A DNA stretch of 47,605 nt from Actinomycetota bacterium (GTDB taxonomy: Bacteria; Actinomycetota; Thermoleophilia; Gaiellales; Gaiellaceae), in assembly GCA_013697465.1 (NCBI GenBank), contig JACCWU010000173.1, positions 1-47,605 on the forward strand. Direction: 5' to 3'. The stretch's first letter is position 1; the number at the start of each line of letters is the position of its first letter. The notes below the pieces were generated by a model. It had not been told where the DNA came from. It worked only from the letters and a program-made list of their open reading frames with translations, and searched no databases. A program made the position numbers and the translations under genes. Shown here in pieces: positions 25,265-33,265 of the stretch.

Positions 25265-25728
25265 CCCGCCGGCTGAAGCGTCTCGAGCGACTCGGGGACC
25301 ATTTCCGTCCGCCGCTCGTCCTTGATGTTGACGAGCGACCAGATGACGGCTCCGTCCTTGTCGATCAGAAAGGTGCCGCGGTGGGGGGCACCGTTCGTCT
25401 CGTTGAAGACGCCGTAGGCCTTGGCCGCGGCCCCGTGCGGCCAGAAGTCGGAGGCGAACGAGTACTCCGCCTCGAGCTCCTTCTTCCAGGCCTGCCGAGC
25501 GGCGGACGGGTCGCACGACACGAACACGATCTCGGTCTGCGCATTTCGGAATGCCTCCAGGTTCTCCTGGAGGTCGCGCGCCTCGTCCTCGCAGACCGGT
25601 GTGAACGCGAACGGGTGGAAGACGAGAAGGACGTTCGAGCGGCCGCTGAAGTCCGCGAGGCGGACACGCTCGTTCTTGTCTACCTCGAGATCGAACTCGG
25701 GCGCCCTGTCACCTGTCCGCACTGTCAT
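25261..25728 (-). CDS. Peroxiredoxin (AhpC/TSA family, AhpE/Bcp-like)
   Basis: APEFDL...LLVFHPFAFTPVCEDE (peroxidatic Cys in the PxxxTxxC context)...FLIDKDGAV. GAGGAA lies about 8 nt upstream of the ATG. Confidence 0.9.
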   Translation of the reverse strand: MTVRTGDRAPEFDLEVDKNERVRLADFSGRSNVLLVFHPFAFTPVCEDEARDLQENLEAFRNAQTEIVFVSCDPSAARQAWKKELEAEYSFASDFWPHGAAAKAYGVFNETNGAPHRGTFLIDKDGAVIWSLVNIKDERRTEMVPESLETLQPAG

Positions 25729-26998
25729 CGCCAGATTCCTCGCCAGCTTCCTCGCCGTTGCCGGAGGGCCGATAGTAACGACGCCCGCGCAGCGGCTCCG
25801 GCAGGTACTCCAGCTCGAAGCTGGCCGGATCGTCGTGGGGGTAGACGTAACCCTCGCCGTGCCCGCGGGCCTTCGCCGCCTGGGAGTGGCCCGTGGACCG
25901 GAGCATCGCCGGCGGTCTGGCGTTTCCGTGCTCGCGGACGTCCTTGCGTGCCTCCCAGATCGCGAGCGCCGATGCGTTCGACTTCGGCGCTCGAGCGAGG
26001 TAGATCGCGGCCTGCGAGAGATTGAGCTGGGCCTCGGGAAGCCCGACCAGCTCGAGCGCGTGCGCGGCCGCGACGGCCACGGTCAGCGCTCGCGGGTCGG
26101 CGTTCCCGACGTCCTCCGAGGCGAGGATGACCATGCGGCGCGCGATGAAACGGGGATCCTCGCCCGCCTCGAGCATCGCGGCGAGGTAGTAGACCGCCGC
26201 GTCCGCATCGCCGCCGCGCATCGACTTGATGAACGCGGACGCGAAGTCGTAGTGCTGGTCGCCCTTGCGGTCGTAGAGGAAGGGGCGCTTGCGCGATGCG
26301 TCGAGGACGTGCTCCTCGGTGATGGGCGCGCTCTCGGCGCTCGCTGTCGCATGCGCGAGCTCGAGGATCTGCAGCGCCGCCCGCGCGTCGCCGCCCGCCC
26401 GCTTTGCCACGAGCGCACGAACGTCCTCGCTCGCTTCGGCTTCGAGCGCGCCCGCGCCTCGGCGGACGATCTCGCCCAGCTCCTCCTCCGAAAGTGCGGT
26501 CAGCTCGATCACCGTGCAGCGGGAGAGGAGCGCGGAGTTGACTTCGAAGTAGGGGTTCTCGGTCGTGGCGCCGATCAGCGTCACGAGGCCGTCTTCCACC
26601 GCATGCAGCACCGAGTCCTGCTGACCTTTGTTGAAGCGGTGGATCTCGTCGATGAAGAGGATCGTCCGCAGGTCGTTGCCGCCGAGCCGGTCCCGGGCGC
26701 GAGCGATGACTGCGCGGACGTCGTCGACGCGAGCCGACACGGCCGAGAGCTCCTCGAAGACGGCGCCCGTGCGCTCGGCGACGATTCGCGCGATCGTCGT
26801 CTTCCCGGTTCCGGGCGGCCCGAACAGGATCATCGACGGCGGACGGTCCTGCTCGATCGCGAGCCGGAGCGCGGAGCGCTCGCCCAGAACGTGCTGTTGC
26901 CCGATGAGCTCGTCGAGAGCCCGAGGGCGAAGGCGGGTGGCAAGCGGGGCCGTCTCGGCCTGCCGCTCCTTCGCCGCCTCCGAAAAGAGGTCTCCCAC
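25709..26998 (-). CDS. rarA: Replication-associated recombination protein A (MgsA/RarA AAA+ ATPase)
   Basis: GTG at 26998: VGDLFSEAAKERQAETAPLATRLRPRALDELIGQQHVLG...MILFGPPGTGKTTIARIVA...ILFIDEIHRFNKGQQD...LIGATTENPYFEVN...DGDARAALQILE...HYD..SAFIKS.RG.D.DAA.YYL..M...GEDPRFI.RR. The upstream 130 codons of ORF 25709..27388 are a shadow of kynA. Confidence 0.9.
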   Translation of the reverse strand: MGDLFSEAAKERQAETAPLATRLRPRALDELIGQQHVLGERSALRLAIEQDRPPSMILFGPPGTGKTTIARIVAERTGAVFEELSAVSARVDDVRAVIARARDRLGGNDLRTILFIDEIHRFNKGQQDSVLHAVEDGLVTLIGATTENPYFEVNSALLSRCTVIELTALSEEELGEIVRRGAGALEAEASEDVRALVAKRAGGDARAALQILELAHATASAESAPITEEHVLDASRKRPFLYDRKGDQHYDFASAFIKSMRGGDADAAVYYLAAMLEAGEDPRFIARRMVILASEDVGNADPRALTVAVAAAHALELVGLPEAQLNLSQAAIYLARAPKSNASALAIWEARKDVREHGNARPPAMLRSTGHSQAAKARGHGEGYVYPHDDPASFELEYLPEPLRGRRYYRPSGNGEEAGEESGDDSADR

Positions 26999-27005
26999 TC
27001 GGCGA

Positions 27006-27011
27006 AGTATG
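27006..27011 (-). promoter_or_regulatory. Candidate -10-like box CATACT (reverse strand), 7 nt before the rarA GTG at 26998
   Basis: The reverse strand reads CATACT-tcgccga-GTG. Positions 2 (A) and 6 (T) are kept, but position 1 is C. It overlaps the plus-strand TATGCT box within the near-palindrome AGTATGCT. Confidence 0.35.
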
Positions 27012-27013
27012 CT
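27008..27013 (+). promoter_or_regulatory. Candidate -10 box TATGCT, 6 nt before the kynA GTG at 27020
   Basis: TATGCT-caggcc-GTG. The whole divergent spacer is only 21 nt. Confidence 0.45.
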
Positions 27014-27019
27014 CAGGCC

Positions 27020-27745
27020 GTGGCCGCCCACGAGGCTCCGGAGACCGAGGACTTCTCGCAGCCGATCCTCGAGGGAGGCGCGGCGTCCGACTACGAGCGG
27101 TACCTGAATACCGACGGGCTGCTCGCTCTCCAGAAGACGGCCGACGAGTGGGTGCATCGAGACGAGCTCCTCTTCCAGGTCACCCATCAGGCGTCCGAGC
27201 TCTGGTTGAAGCTCTCCTCGTCGGATGCCGCAGAGGCCGTGCGGCTGATCGAGGAAGGCGACCTGTCGGGCGCCCATCGGCTGCTCAGGCGCTCCGCGCT
27301 CTGTATTCGCTTCGTGATCGCTCAGCTCGAGATGCTCGAACACATGTCTCCATGGGAGTACCAGGAGATCCGCAAGGTGCTCGGACACGGATCCGGCTTC
27401 GACTCACCCGGCTGGAACGGGCTTCGGCATGCCTTCCCGAGGTTGGGCCAGGCATTCCACGCGGCGAGGCGCGCCGCCGGGCTCTCGCTCGCGGAGCTCT
27501 ACGTCCAGGGCCGCGAGCACGAGCACCTGTACCAGCTCGCAGAGGCGCTCATCGAGCTCGACGAGCAGGCGCAGCACTGGCGCCTGCGGCATTACCAGGT
27601 CGTCGCGCGGGTGATCGGCGACAAGGTCGTCGGCACGCAGGGCACTCCGGTCGAGCTGCTCGGGCGGCTCGTCGCAAAAACCTCGTTCCCCGAGCTCTGG
27701 GAAGTGCGCAACGAGCTGACCGCGCTCTCGAAGGAGTCGTCGTAG
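27020..27745 (+). CDS. kynA: Tryptophan 2,3-dioxygenase
   Basis: DYERYLNTDGLLALQ...HRDELLFQVTHQASELWLKL...MSPWEYQEIRKVLGHGSGFDSPGW...HWRLRHYQVVARVIG..VVGTQGT is the TDO family signature, including the proximal His region. It is the tail of ORF 25421..27745 from the first plausible in-frame start. Confidence 0.8.
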   Translation: MAAHEAPETEDFSQPILEGGAASDYERYLNTDGLLALQKTADEWVHRDELLFQVTHQASELWLKLSSSDAAEAVRLIEEGDLSGAHRLLRRSALCIRFVIAQLEMLEHMSPWEYQEIRKVLGHGSGFDSPGWNGLRHAFPRLGQAFHAARRAAGLSLAELYVQGREHEHLYQLAEALIELDEQAQHWRLRHYQVVARVIGDKVVGTQGTPVELLGRLVAKTSFPELWEVRNELTALSKESS

Positions 27746-29046
27746 TGGCAGTCGAAACCGCCGGCGGTCTCCGCGAGGAGGTGACGGAGCTCCTCCAAGA
27801 GCTCATCCGCATCGACACGGTGAATCCGCCCGGGAACGAGACGCGCGCAGGCGCGGCTCTGGTCGACTACCTCGCCCGAAGCGGCATCCAGGGCGGGCTC
27901 GTCGCGCGAGTCCCCGAGCGTGCGAACGTCGTCGCGCGGATTCCGGGTGGCGACGGGCCGTCGCTTGCCTTTCTTTCGCACACCGACACCGTCCTGGCCG
28001 ATCCCAGCGAGTGGGATCGCGACCCCTGGTCGGGAGATCTCGTCGACGGTGAGGTGTGGGGCCGCGGCGCTCTCGACATGAAGGGGCAGGTGGCCGCGTC
28101 CGCAGTCGCCTTCGCATCGCTCCAGCGCGAGGGCTTCTTCCCGTCGGGCGACCTCGTCTTCATGTCGGTTGCGGACGAGGAGGTGGGAGCCGGATTCGGC
28201 TTGAGCTGGCTCGCGGAAGCTCATCCGGACGCGGTCCGCTGCGACTACGCCGTGAACGAGGGGGGCGGAGACCGCCTCCTGCTCGGTGGCACTCCCGTGT
28301 ATCTCTGCGCGACAGCGGAGAAGATGTCGGCCCCGTTCGTTCTTCGGGTGCACGGGCGCAGCGGCCATGCGTCGATGCCGGGCATCGCTGACAACGCTCT
28401 CGTCAAGGCGGCGCGCTACGTGCAGGCGCTCGGAGCCTACGAACCGCCTCGAGAGCTCATCCCGGAGGCGCGGGGCTTTCTCGAAGCCGTTCTCGGGGAG
28501 GTTCCTCCGCTCGAGGACGCGGTGACGCGTGCGAACGAGCTCCACCCGCTGCTGGGCGCGCTCGTGCAGCCGCTCCTCGCGCTCACGCTGTCACCGACGA
28601 TGATCGACGCGTCTCACCAGCGGAACGTGATTCCGGCGCTCTGCGAGGTGACCGTCGACTGCCGCCTTCTCCCCGAGCAGACGCCCGCGGACGCCGAGCC
28701 GCTGATTCGAGCGGTGCTCGGCGACGGACCCTACGAGCTCGAGTGGAAGGAGGCGGTCGGGGGCACACGCTCGGAGCTCGGCACACCCCTGTGGGATGCG
28801 CTCGACTCGTTCGTCCAAGAGCTCGAGCCGGGCGCCAAGCTTGCCCCGATCGCCTGCCCGGGATTCACGGACAGCCACTTCCTGCGCGAGGCGTTCGGAA
28901 CCGTGGCTTACGGCTTCTTCCCGGTGAAGGCGATGGACGCGGAGCTCGCGACGAAGCTCGTCCACTCTGCGAACGAGCGCATTCCGGTGGACGACCTCGA
29001 GGCCGGCGTCCACATGCTGCGCCACGCCGCTCGGTCGCTGCTCTAG
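27745..29046 (+). CDS. M20/M25/M40-family peptidase
   Basis: GTG overlaps the kynA TAG by 1 nt. LIRIDTVNPPGNE, LSHTDTV, WGRGALDMKGQVAA and VADEEVGAGFG. The upstream 199 codons of ORF 27148..29046 are a shadow of kynA. Confidence 0.85.
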   Translation: MAVETAGGLREEVTELLQELIRIDTVNPPGNETRAGAALVDYLARSGIQGGLVARVPERANVVARIPGGDGPSLAFLSHTDTVLADPSEWDRDPWSGDLVDGEVWGRGALDMKGQVAASAVAFASLQREGFFPSGDLVFMSVADEEVGAGFGLSWLAEAHPDAVRCDYAVNEGGGDRLLLGGTPVYLCATAEKMSAPFVLRVHGRSGHASMPGIADNALVKAARYVQALGAYEPPRELIPEARGFLEAVLGEVPPLEDAVTRANELHPLLGALVQPLLALTLSPTMIDASHQRNVIPALCEVTVDCRLLPEQTPADAEPLIRAVLGDGPYELEWKEAVGGTRSELGTPLWDALDSFVQELEPGAKLAPIACPGFTDSHFLREAFGTVAYGFFPVKAMDAELATKLVHSANERIPVDDLEAGVHMLRHAARSLL

Positions 29047-29140
29047 TGCGCAAGACCGGAATCCGCGTGCGCGGATCCCGGTCGCGAAGATCCCTGAAGA
29101 CGGTCGCTCCGCGACCTCGGCGCTGCGTTTTCCAAGCGGT
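29044..29140 (+). repeat. Structured intergenic repeat, copy A
   Basis: TAGTGCGCAAGACCGGAATCCGCGTGCGCGGATCCCGGTCGCGAAGATCCCTGAAGACGGTCGCTCCGCGACCTCGGCGCTGCGTTTTCCAAGCGG. Hairpin 1 is 29054-29083 (14-bp arms, one mismatch). Hairpin 2 is 29102-29116 (GGTCGC-tcc-GCGACC). About 80% identical to copy D by eye. It fills most of the convergent spacer. Confidence 0.85.
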
Positions 29141-29161
29141 CGCTCGGCGCCCGCTCCTCGC

Positions 29162-29854
29162 TCAGCTGCGCCCGCCGGGTATCCGCTCGACGGTGTCTCC
29201 TCTGCCGACGAGGACGTCGGAGACCAGCTGTGGGGGAAAGAGCCCGTGGTCGACCACGCCCGCCGTCGAGGCAAGAGTGCTCGCCAGCGCACCGGGGTCG
29301 GCGACCGGGCCGAGCCAGTCGGCGAGGACGCCGCCGTCGGGCGTCGGCGGTGACTCGTGCCGGCGGGCGTGGCCGAGCCGGTCGAGCGTGGACGAGCTTC
29401 CGAACGCGAGCAGCTCGAGCGGGATGGGAGGTGCGACTCGCTCGACGAGCTTGTCCGCCGAGACGATCACGACGAAGCGCTCGGCAGCAGCCGCGACCAC
29501 CTTCTCGCGTGTGAGGGCGCCCCCTCCTCCCTTCACGACCCAGCCGTTCGCGGCGACCTGATCGGCGCCGTCGACGGCGAGGTCGAGCCTGGCGAGCGCG
29601 TGGTCTCCTTCGAACGGGAGGATGTCGAGGCCGAGCGCCCGCGCAGCGCTCTCGGTAGCCGGCGACGTCGCCACGCAGCGCAGCTCGAGCCTCCGGGCGG
29701 CGAGGGCGACGACGAAGTGCGCGACGGTCGATCCGGTGCCGAGACCGACTGACATCCCGTTCTCGACGAGCTCGGCCGCGGCCGCGGCGGCGACTCGCTT
29801 CTCGTGCTCGGCGGCAGACCCCACGTCGGCGGGCAACTCTACAGCGCTCCCCAC
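29162..29854 (-). CDS. rpiA: Ribose-5-phosphate isomerase A
   Basis: GLGTGSTVAHF, LAVDGADQV, VKGGGGALTREKVV and FVVIVSADKLV. GTG start (revcomp of cac 29852-29854). Confidence 0.9.
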   Translation of the reverse strand: MGSAVELPADVGSAAEHEKRVAAAAAAELVENGMSVGLGTGSTVAHFVVALAARRLELRCVATSPATESAARALGLDILPFEGDHALARLDLAVDGADQVAANGWVVKGGGGALTREKVVAAAAERFVVIVSADKLVERVAPPIPLELLAFGSSSTLDRLGHARRHESPPTPDGGVLADWLGPVADPGALASTLASTAGVVDHGLFPPQLVSDVLVGRGDTVERIPGGRS

Positions 29855-29862
29855 GCTTCGAT

Positions 29863-29868
29863 TAGCGT
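29863..29868 (+). promoter_or_regulatory. Candidate -10 box TAGCGT, 8 nt before the rpe ATG at 29877
   Basis: TAGCGT-ggacggcg-ATG. The divergent spacer to rpiA is only 22 nt. Confidence 0.4.
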
Positions 29869-29876
29869 GGACGGCG

Positions 29877-30566
29877 ATGGGCTGGAGCGACTGGGCACGC
29901 GACGTGGAGGTCGAGCCTTCGATCTACGCAGCCGACTTTTCGCGTCTCGGGGATCAGCTCGGCGGGCTCGCGGCCGCCGGGGCGCGAGTCTTCCACTTCG
30001 ATGTCGGCGACGGGCACTTCATCCCGGAGATCACGATCGGGCCGATCGTCCTCGCGTCGATTGCCCCGCTCGTCCGCGGCTGGAGTGGGGTCCTCGACTG
30101 CCATCTCATGGTCAGCGAGCCGGAGAAGCACTTCCAGGCCATAGCCGAGGCAGGAGGGAAGAGCGTCACGTTTCACGTGGAGGTCTCGGACGACCCTGCT
30201 CGGACGATCGCGCGTGCCCGATCGCTCGGTCTCGGGGTAGGAGTCGCCTTCAATCCGGAGACCGAGGTGGAGCACGCCGCCGCGGCGGCCGAGGGAGCCG
30301 ACCTCGTTCTCTGCATGTCTATTCATCCCGGCTACTCCGGCCAGAAGCTCATGCCCGAGGCCCCCGGCCGCATCGAGCAGCTCCGCAGCCTGCTCCCGGC
30401 GGACGTGCGGGTGCAGGTCGACGGCGGGATCAACGCCGAGACGATTCGTGCGGCTCGCGTCGCCGGCGCGGACCTGCTCGTCGCGGGCAGCGCGATCTTC
30501 TGGCGGGACGATCCGGCGGCAGCTCATGCCGACCTCACCGACCGGCTCGAGCACTCGCGTGGCTGA
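29877..30566 (+). CDS. rpe: Ribulose-phosphate 3-epimerase
   Basis: PSIYAADFSRLGDQL...FHFDVGDGHFIPEITIGP...LDCHLMV..PE...VTFHVE...GVAFNP.T...LVLCMSIHPGYSGQKL...VQVDGGIN...AGADLLVAGSAIF. Confidence 0.9.
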   Translation: MGWSDWARDVEVEPSIYAADFSRLGDQLGGLAAAGARVFHFDVGDGHFIPEITIGPIVLASIAPLVRGWSGVLDCHLMVSEPEKHFQAIAEAGGKSVTFHVEVSDDPARTIARARSLGLGVGVAFNPETEVEHAAAAAEGADLVLCMSIHPGYSGQKLMPEAPGRIEQLRSLLPADVRVQVDGGINAETIRAARVAGADLLVAGSAIFWRDDPAAAHADLTDRLEHSRG

Positions 30567-32187
30567 ACCGCTGCGTGAGACCGCTGCCTGGCGGCGCCTC
30601 GAATGGCACCACGCGGAGGTGTGCGACCTGCATCTCAGGGGCCTCTTCGACGGTGACCCCAGCCGGGGCGAGCGACTCTCGGCCGAGGCGGCCGGCCTCC
30701 ATCTCGACTACTCGAAGCACCGCGTGACCGACGACACGCTTCAGCTGCTGCGGAACCTCGCGACGCAGCGGAGGCTCCAGGACCAGATTCAGGCCATGTT
30801 CCGAGGCGAGCGCGTGAACGTATCGGAGGGCCGCGCCGCGCTCCACGTCGCGCTCCGGATGCCACGCTCGCGGTCGGTGGTGGTCGACGGAGCCGACGTC
30901 GTGAAAGAGGTGCACGCCGAGCTCGATCGGTTCATCGGCTTCGCAGACCAGGTGCGCTCCGGCGAGCGGACGGGCGCGACCGGCCGCCCGATCAGGGCCG
31001 TGGTCAACATCGGGATCGGCGGGAGCGACCTCGGCCCGGCGATGACCTGCGAGGCGCTCGCGCCCTACGCGACGAGTGAGATCATCGTCCGTTTCGTCTC
31101 GAACGTCGATCCCGCGGATCTCACGGAGGCGACGCGCGATCTCGAGCCGAGCGAGACCCTCTTCGTCGTCGTCTCGAAGACGATGACGACCGTCGAGACG
31201 ACTGAGAATGCGAAAGCCGCGCGAGCGTGGATCGCATCCGCTCTCGGCGAGGAGGCTTCGGGGCGGCACTTCACCGGCGTCGCCGCGGATGTCGCGGCGG
31301 GCGCGAGGCTCGACATCTCGCCGGAGAGCATGTTTCGCATCTGGGACTGGGTCGGCGGGCGGACGTCGCTCTGCTCGGCAGTCGGCCTCTCCGTCGCGAT
31401 CGCCGTGGGCGGCGAGCGCTTTCGCGAGCTGCTCGCCGGGTTCAGGGCGATGGACGAGCACTTCGCCTCAGCGCCGCTCGGCGCGAACCTGCCGGCGATC
31501 TCCGGGCTGCTCTCGCTCTGGTACCGGAACTTCTTCGGGACGCAGACCACGGCGGTCTTCCCCTACAGCCACGCGCTCCGGCTCCTTCCCGCGTACCTGC
31601 AACAGCTCTGGATGGAGTCGAACGGAAAGCGGGTGACCGCGACGGGCGAGCCGGTCGGCCTCGACACGGGCTCGGTCCTCTGGGGAGGCGCGGGCACGAA
31701 CGCCCAGCACGCGGTCTTCCAGCTTCTCCACCAGGGGACGGTCCTGTGCCCGGCTGATCTCATCGGCTTCGCGCAGCCCGCCGGTGACGCTGCCGCGCGC
31801 CACGACCTCCTGGCGGCGAATCTCCTCGCACAGGCCGAGGCGCTCGCCTTCGGCCGGACGGAAGACGAGCTTCGCGAAGCCGGCGTGGCGGAGGAGACGA
31901 TCCCGCACCGCGTCATGCCCGGGAACAGGCCCACGTCGCTCGTCCTCGCCGAGAGGCTCACCCCCGCGACCCTCGGCGCTCTGATCGCGCTCTACGAGCA
32001 CAGCGTCTTCACCCAGGCGGCGATCTGGGGAATCGACCCTTTCGACCAATGGGGGGTCGAGCTCGGCAAGGAGCTCGCTGCCAGGATCGCTCCCGAGCTC
32101 GCGCCGGGCTGGAAGCACGAGCTCCACCACGACTCCTCCACGAACGCCTCGATCGGCCGGTATCGGCGGCTCCGGGATGGGAAGTAG
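30559..32187 (+). CDS. pgi: Glucose-6-phosphate isomerase
   Basis: GTG at 30559 overlaps the rpe end. DYSKHRVTD, GRAALHVALR, NIGIGGSDLGPAM, VVSKTMTTVET, WDWVGGRTSL, QLWMESNGK, GTNAQHAVFQLLHQG and DQWGVELGK. Confidence 0.9.
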   Translation: MAEPLRETAAWRRLEWHHAEVCDLHLRGLFDGDPSRGERLSAEAAGLHLDYSKHRVTDDTLQLLRNLATQRRLQDQIQAMFRGERVNVSEGRAALHVALRMPRSRSVVVDGADVVKEVHAELDRFIGFADQVRSGERTGATGRPIRAVVNIGIGGSDLGPAMTCEALAPYATSEIIVRFVSNVDPADLTEATRDLEPSETLFVVVSKTMTTVETTENAKAARAWIASALGEEASGRHFTGVAADVAAGARLDISPESMFRIWDWVGGRTSLCSAVGLSVAIAVGGERFRELLAGFRAMDEHFASAPLGANLPAISGLLSLWYRNFFGTQTTAVFPYSHALRLLPAYLQQLWMESNGKRVTATGEPVGLDTGSVLWGGAGTNAQHAVFQLLHQGTVLCPADLIGFAQPAGDAAARHDLLAANLLAQAEALAFGRTEDELREAGVAEETIPHRVMPGNRPTSLVLAERLTPATLGALIALYEHSVFTQAAIWGIDPFDQWGVELGKELAARIAPELAPGWKHELHHDSSTNASIGRYRRLRDGK

Positions 32188-33265
32188 CTCCGAGAAGCTC
32201 GAGCTGCACGAGCCGGAGGAGGCGTTCCGGAGGATCGAGGAGTGGCTGCGTGCGCGGGGGTTCTTCGAACCGGGTGGGGAACGACTCGCCGCCGATCTCT
32301 ACCTCGGCTACGGGCTCTCGCACGTCCTTCGCCGGGAGCGCACGCCCGCTCCTCCCGAGCCGTGCCGCCTCCCTCTCGCAGCCTGCGAGATTCGCCGGGA
32401 GACAACGCTCGTGGCTCAGAGCCACAACGAGCTCGAGCTGGGTGCGTGGGAGCCCACTTGGGCCGCTGCCGAGTACGCTGCAGCAGTCGAGCGGGTGCGA
32501 GAGGCGATTGCGCGGGGAGACGTCTACCAGGTCAATCTCGTCCAGCACCTGTCCGCGCCGATCGACGGCCACCCTCGGGCTCTCGCCGGCTCGGTCGCTG
32601 CACGGCTGGGCCATTTGGGCCCTCTCCATCGCGAGCCGTTCGTCGGCGAAAGCTGGGCGGTGGTGTCGGCCTCGCCCGAGCTCTTCCTGGAGCGCAGCGG
32701 ACGACGCGTCCGGACGATGCCGATCAAGGGCACTCGCCCGCGCGGCGGAGGTGCCGAGCTGCGCGAGTCCGCGAAGGACGTAGCCGAGCACGTCATGATC
32801 GTCGACCTCGAGCGCAACGACCTCTCTCGCGTGTGCGAAGCCGGGACGATTCGCTGGCCGGAGCTGATGGCGACGCGCGAGCTCGCCGGAGTCGAGCACA
32901 TGGTGTCGACGGTCGAGGGGACGCTCCGCCGTGGAGTCGAGCTCGCCGAGCTGCTCGAAGCGACGTTTCCCGGCGGCTCGGTCACCGGTGCGCCCAAGAT
33001 CGCCGCGCTCGATCTCATCGCAGGGCTCGAGCCGGTCGGGCGTGGAGCCTCGATGGGAGCACTGGGCCGCGTGTACGGCAACGGCGACCTCGAGCTTGCG
33101 CTGACGATCCGGACGTTCGCCGTCGCCGGTGGCCGCATCCACCTGTGGGTGGGGGGCGGCGTCGTGTGGGACTCCGAGCCGCTCGCGGAGGTCGAGGAGT
33201 CGTGGACGAAGGCGCGGCCTCTCCTCGACGCACTCGGCATGCCCCAGCCAGTGAGCGTGCCGTGA
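32177..33265 (+). CDS. pabB: Aminodeoxychorismate synthase component I-like chorismate-binding enzyme (short form)
   Basis: GDVYQVNLVQ, SASPELFLER..GRRVRTMPIKGTRPRG, KD.AEHVMIVDLERNDLSRVC, FPGGSVTGAPK, RG...GA.G and LTIRT. Confidence 0.85.
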   Translation: MGSSSEKLELHEPEEAFRRIEEWLRARGFFEPGGERLAADLYLGYGLSHVLRRERTPAPPEPCRLPLAACEIRRETTLVAQSHNELELGAWEPTWAAAEYAAAVERVREAIARGDVYQVNLVQHLSAPIDGHPRALAGSVAARLGHLGPLHREPFVGESWAVVSASPELFLERSGRRVRTMPIKGTRPRGGGAELRESAKDVAEHVMIVDLERNDLSRVCEAGTIRWPELMATRELAGVEHMVSTVEGTLRRGVELAELLEATFPGGSVTGAPKIAALDLIAGLEPVGRGASMGALGRVYGNGDLELALTIRTFAVAGGRIHLWVGGGVVWDSEPLAEVEESWTKARPLLDALGMPQPVSVP

